DNA from: Macrostomum lignano
Taxonomy: Eukaryota
DNA length: 64,000 nucleotides
Assembly: GCA_002269645.1 (NCBI GenBank)
Contig: NIVC01002720.1
Location: forward strand, 62,001-126,000
Direction of reading: 5' to 3'
Made by a program: the position numbers and the translations under genes. Position 1 is the stretch's first letter. Each line of letters begins with the position of its first letter. Positions 58,937 through 64,000 of this stretch are shown piece after piece. Under the pieces are notes generated by a model that ran no database searches, was not told where the DNA came from, and was given only the letters and a program-made list of their open reading frames with translations.

Positions 58937-61900
58937 TGTAGTGTAGTTCAGTGCGATGTACGAGCGTACAATATTGGCGCGCAAATATTATTAGTCACGT
59001 GTTGCAATGTATTACGTAAGACTCACGCGCACTTACTCTTCACATATATAAATATACTTGCAGGGCAAGTCGGCCCATTTCTAAGATTCTTCGTGCACTC
59101 GCAAACCCTCCGATTTTGTCTGAGTCACTACATGGCGTCGCGAGCAAACTATTGACTGATCATCACTCTCTAACCCAGCGCGGTTCCAGCCACACAAACA
59201 TGGCCCAAGCTTTGCAACTCACTGCACCAGATGCATTTGATATCGATAGCGATCCACTCACACGAGCCCAGAGATGGAAGACTTGGGCACGGAGGTTCAA
59301 TAGCTACATTCGCGCTGCTGGCATCACAGATGCGACACAACAGCTGGAGTTGCTGGTCTACACAGCGGGAGAGAAGTTGGAAGACTTTATGGAAGACAAC
59401 AGTGTTCAAAAAGGAAAATCTACAAACGAGCTCATCCAAAAGCTACAAGAGATCTTCGACCAGAAAAACAGCGTCGTCTTCCTCCGGTACCAATTCGAGA
59501 CCTGCAGACAGGGGGAGGGGGAGTCCATCGATGCGTGGTACCATCGGCTGCGCAAGGCCGCGGATCAATGCGAATTCGGAGAACTACGGGACTCTCTCAT
59601 CAGGGACAAGGTGGTCGCCCACTACCGATCGGAGAAGATCAGAAGGGAGCTCCTTCAGCTGAATGATATCTGTCTAGCTGACGTACTGAAGCGAATCCGA
59701 ACAAGGGAAGCTGCGGAGCAACAGGCTCAGGCCATGGAAGAAAACAGCTCAGGTGGCGCCGCCGCCATGACGACCGCGAACGTGGCTGCGCTAGGCCCAC
59801 CCCGAGCACGACCGTCGCAGCCATTCAGAAGGGATCCTGCAATGAAGGACGGTGGCATCAGCTGCGAGCGCTGCGGACGGCCGGGTCATCGAACGTGCGA
59901 GGCTGCTAGAGACAAGGCATGTCGACGCTGCGGTAAGATTGGCCATTTCGCCCGGGCATGTCGGGGAACGTCCAGAATACCCGTGAGAGCTGTCAACGAA
60001 CCGGACGATCACTCCTACGGGCAAGTCGAATATCTGCAGGACAAATCCACTGAGCACGAGCTTTTCAGCCTCCGAAATAGCGGATCAGCATGGACTCAAG
60101 CCACCGTCAACGGATTCAAGACAACCCTGCTTATCGACAGTGGAGCGGCCTGCAACATCATCGACAGGGAGGCCTTCGAAAGGATGCCACAGAAGGCCAG
60201 GCTCCAAGCAGCCAGTGATCGGGTCTATCCCTATGGAAGCCAACAGCCACTGAAGCTGCTCGGCAAGACCGACCTACAGGTCAGCGTTTTCGGTTGCCAG
60301 GAGACGCTTCCGTTCCTGGTGCTGGACGGAAAGGGTGCTTGCATAATAGGCCGCAGGAGCGCGGAAGACCTAGGAGTTCTGCGAGTCGGCCCGGAAGACA
60401 AGGCAGCGTGTGAGCTACGCTCGGAGTGTCCGACTGACAGGCTGCTAGCCGGCGTTCCAAAAGACCTTCGGCAGTCCCCAGGTGCTCCATCTTTAGACGA
60501 AATCCTCAAGGAAAATGCACAGGCCTTCGACGGAATCGGCTGTCTTAAGAACTACGCAGCCCGCATCTTCCTGGAAGAGGGCGCAAGACCAGTGTGCCAT
60601 CCACCATCAAGAGTGCCAATTCACCTCGCTCCAGCAGTGGACGCCGAGCTCCAGTACCTAGAAGAACAAGGCATCATTGAGCCAGTGGAGGGACCCTGCC
60701 CGTGGGTTTCTCGTATCGTCGTCGTCCCCAAAGAAGCTCCTGGCGAGATCAGGATCACTCAGGATCTGAGGGAGCTAAACAAGTCTGTCGTCAGGGAGCG
60801 ACACCCAATACCGACCTTTGAGGAGGTAACAGTCGACATGGCAGGAGCGACGCTGTTCTCAGAGTTGGACGTCGCAAAAGCATTCTATCAAATCCCTGTG
60901 TCAGAGGAGTGCCGGCATCTTCTAACTTTTTCAACGCCTCGAGGTCTTCGGCGGCTGACGAGACTCTGCATGGGGCTATCAACGGCGCAGGAAATTCTTC
61001 AAGGTGTTATGTCATCCGTGCTGGCTGGACTTTCAAAAGTAAAATGGATCCACGATGACATTATTGTCTATGGCCACAGCGTGGCGGAGCATCACAACAA
61101 TCTGCGGGAGTGCCTCCAGCGGCTGGCGCAGCACGGACTGACGCTCAACCCGGCCAAGTGCAAGCTGGCACGAACGCAAGTCACCTTCATGGGGATGCGA
61201 TTGTCGAAGGACGGAGTCAGGCCAACCGAGTCAAAGCTAGAGGCAGTTAATGCATTTGCAGAGCCAACGAATGTCACGGAGGTGCGCTCGTTCTTGGGAC
61301 TTGTCAACTACCTGGCCGCATTCACCCCGAGGCTGGCGGACCTGGCAAAGCCGCTGCGCAACCTGACAAGGAAGGGCCAGCCCTGGGCATGGGCCGATCT
61401 GGAAAGACAAGCCTTCAGCGACATCAAGTCTCAAATCGCGTCAAGTGGCTCTCTTGCCTTTTTCAACCATCGCCTTCCGACGCAACTCATTGTCGACGCT
61501 GGGCCAGCGGGGCTGGGTGCAATCCTGTCACAGACACAATCGGACGGAACCAGGCGGCCCATTGCATACGCTAGCCGGACACTGTCGAACGTTGAGCAAC
61601 GCTATTCCCAAACAGAGAAAGAGGCGTTGGCCGTGAAGTTCGGCTGTTTAAAGTTTCAATTCTACCTCCACGGCGCGCCGATGTTCACGGTGCAAACCGA
61701 CCACAAGCCACTGGTTGCTCTGTTCGGCAGCAGTTCGAGACCCCCTCCGAGAATCGAAAGGATGGCATTGCGCATTCAGCATATGAAATTCACAGTCGAG
61801 TACCAGCCGGGCCCGCTCAACCCGGCAGACGTGCTCAGCCGACAGCCACTGCCGACACCCGCACCGAATGTGGGCGAAGAGCTGGATGCACTTTCCATCG

Positions 61901-63581
61901 CCGCTGTTGTACAGGCGGCCGTACCAAATGCGCTGTCACTGACCAGCGTACAGAACAGCTCGCAAAAGGACGCAACAATTCAAGCGACGATTCGCGCCTT
62001 AGAGACAGGGCGGTGGAGCCTGGAGTCAGCAGAACTGCGGTCGCTGCATGCGCTGCGTCACGAACTGTCGGCAGTGGACGGGGTGCTCCTACGGGGCCAG
62101 CGGATCATCGTCCCGGTGGCGCTCCGACGGCTTGTACTGGATCTAGCGCACCGGGGGCACCAGTGCACACGTAAGACGCTGGACCGGCTGAACATCAAGG
62201 TCTGGTGGCCAAGGATGCAACTGGAGACGGAGCGCTTCATAGCCACGTGCCGGGCCTGCCTGGCGACCTCGCATGCCGCTGACGTGACTGCATCACCGCT
62301 AAAGCCGACGCCCATCCCGAAGGCGGCCTGGCTGACGCTCGGGCGGATCTGCTAGGACCCATTCAAGGCAGCATGCTGCTAGTCTGCGTCGATCAATACT
62401 CCCGATTCCCCGAGGTGGAGGTTGTCCAGACCACGACGGCTGAGGCGCTAATCCCTCGACTGAGGAGTTCATTCGTCCGGTTTGGAATCCCTCAAACGTT
62501 AGTTACTGACAACGGCCCACCGTTCTCTTCAGCCCAGTTCAAGAGCTTCCTGGACAGCTACGGAATTCGGCAGCGCCTCATCACACCGTTACATCCACAG
62601 GCCAACGGCGCCACCGAGCGTTTGAATCGTTCCATCAACAAGGTGGTGCGCGCTGCGATCGCACAGAAGCGCGACTGGAGAGCGGCCCTTGACGAGTGGC
62701 TGCTGGCCTATCGGTGCACGCCTCAGCGAACAACTGGACGGGCGCCTGCCGAGCTCCTCATGGGTCGCGTGCTGAACGACTCCATCCCGTCGGTCAGACC
62801 GTCGAGACCGGTGGCCATCGCAGACCGGCAGCTTCGGCAGCGCGACGCACTTCGAAAGGCGCAAGGCAAGCTCTACACAGACCGGAAGCGACTGGCGAGA
62901 CCGCACAAGCTCAAGGTTGGCGACACAGTGCTGCGGCGGCGACTGAATCCGCTCAAGGGAGACACGCCGTTCGAGTGGGACCCCTGGCTCATCGAGGAGA
63001 TCAAGGCGGACTCGGCGACGATACGACAGGGTGCCAGAGTTTGCAGGCGGCACTGCACCGACCTAAAGCGAGTGGCACCGGAGTCCGAGCCTGACAATCT
63101 GGGCGAGCTGGCAGCGATGCCGCAACCGGAAGTGAATGCGCCTCCGCCGCAGCCAGCCGCAGGCGAGCGAGCGGCCTCGCCCATTGCGTTGCGGCCACAT
63201 CCCCGGGCGGCGAAGGTGAACGTGAACTACAAGGCTTGAAAAAGGTTTTTGTTAAACGGTAGCATCTGATTTTTTGTATTTTTTGCTGGACTTTTGCTAA
63301 AATTGTAACAGAATGAAATTTAACAAAAACAGATTTTTTAAACCCAACTTTAAAAGTTTGCTTTTAAGCCGTATTTGAGGAGAGATGTAGTGTAGTTCAG
63401 TGCGATGTACAAGCGTACAATATTGGCGCGCAAATATTATTAGTCACGTGTTGCAATGTATTACGTAAGACTCACGCGCACTTACTCTTCACATATATAA
63501 ATATACTTGCAGGGCAAGTCGGCCCATTTCTAAGATTCTTCGTGCACTCGCAAACCCTCCGATTTTGTCTGAGTCACTACA
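58937..63581 (+). mobile_element. Full-length Ty3/Gypsy LTR retrotransposon
   Basis: 196-bp LTRs (58937-59132, 63386-63581; TGTAGTG...CACTACA; one mismatch seen). TSD GCCTT, PBS TGGCGTCGCGAGC at 59133, PPT GAGGAGAGA at 63377-63385. Confidence 0.97.
59200..63239 (+). CDS. Gag-pol polyprotein (zinc knuckles, protease, RT, RNase H, integrase) with one 1-nt frameshift near 62341
   Basis: CRRCGKIGHFARAC, LIDSGA, WIHDD, IVDAGP/YSQTEKEAL/TDHKPL, H-H-C-C, VDQYSRFPEV/VTDNGPPF/ANGATER. The frame is restored by one extra G (WLTLGADLLGP). Confidence 0.93.
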
Positions 63582-63607
63582 GCCTTCACCGAGACGGAGC
63601 TTCTAGA

Positions 63608-64000
63608 CCTTCAACAGGTGGCACCAGGTGACTATGAACACCTTGATGCGAATTTCTGGAGTTTCACCGATCAAGCTTCGACAGTAGGCAAGCTTCAACT
63701 GCCGGACACCCTCAGCTAGTCTCCTGAGCATTCCGTCATCATCCCGACACCGTCGGCTCCTTCAACAGGTGGCATCAGGTGACTATGGACGTCCTTTTGC
63801 AACTATGTCAGGTCTTTCTTATCAAGCTTCAATAATGAGCAAACCTCAACCGACGGACATTGTCAGCTAGTCTCTCAAGCATTCCGTCATCATCCCGACG
63901 CCGTCGGCTCCTTCAACAGATGACACCAAGTGACTATGGACACCCTGATGCGAATTTCTCTAGTTTCGCCGATCAAGCCTCGACAGTAGGCAAGCCTCAA
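63608..64000. repeat. ~151-bp degenerate tandem repeat within the Gypsy host element
   Basis: CCTTCAACAG unit starts at 63608, 63759 and 63910. Confidence 0.85.

Noticed and set aside
62330-62373. Programmed ribosomal frameshift in Gypsy pol
   Set aside because: It lies within integrase, with no slippery heptamer. A single G deletion in a homopolymer explains it.

Overview
Eukaryotic (animal) genomic DNA with GC-rich spliced exons, AT-rich intergenic DNA and introns packed with minisatellites (about a quarter of the window). This architecture and a double alpha-crystallin small HSP suggest a flatworm such as Macrostomum (inference). Genes reconstructed by hand from splice signals and protein motifs: last exon of an SLC20/PiT phosphate transporter with compensating frameshifts; an 8-exon NEK/NIMA-like kinase; a divergent Orai Ca2+ channel; ACAP/centaurin-beta (BAR-PH-ArfGAP-ANK, minus strand); coproporphyrinogen III oxidase; a MacroD-type ADP-ribosylhydrolase; an unknown protein with an internal duplicated domain; two identical two-domain sHSP genes in a 1.67-kb head-to-head inverted duplication with triple heat-shock elements, flanking an orphan ORF; and an intronless TRP-like channel. 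Mobile DNA includes a young full-length Gypsy LTR retrotransposon nested in another repeat, hAT-type MITEs, tRNA-derived SINEs (one with a CORE domain) and a Penelope-type terminal fragment with three hammerhead-ribozyme motifs. The most unusual signal is a hAT MITE family carrying a 64-nt piece of 28S rRNA (the R2/I-PpoI target region) whose cleavage site is destroyed while the flanks are conserved.
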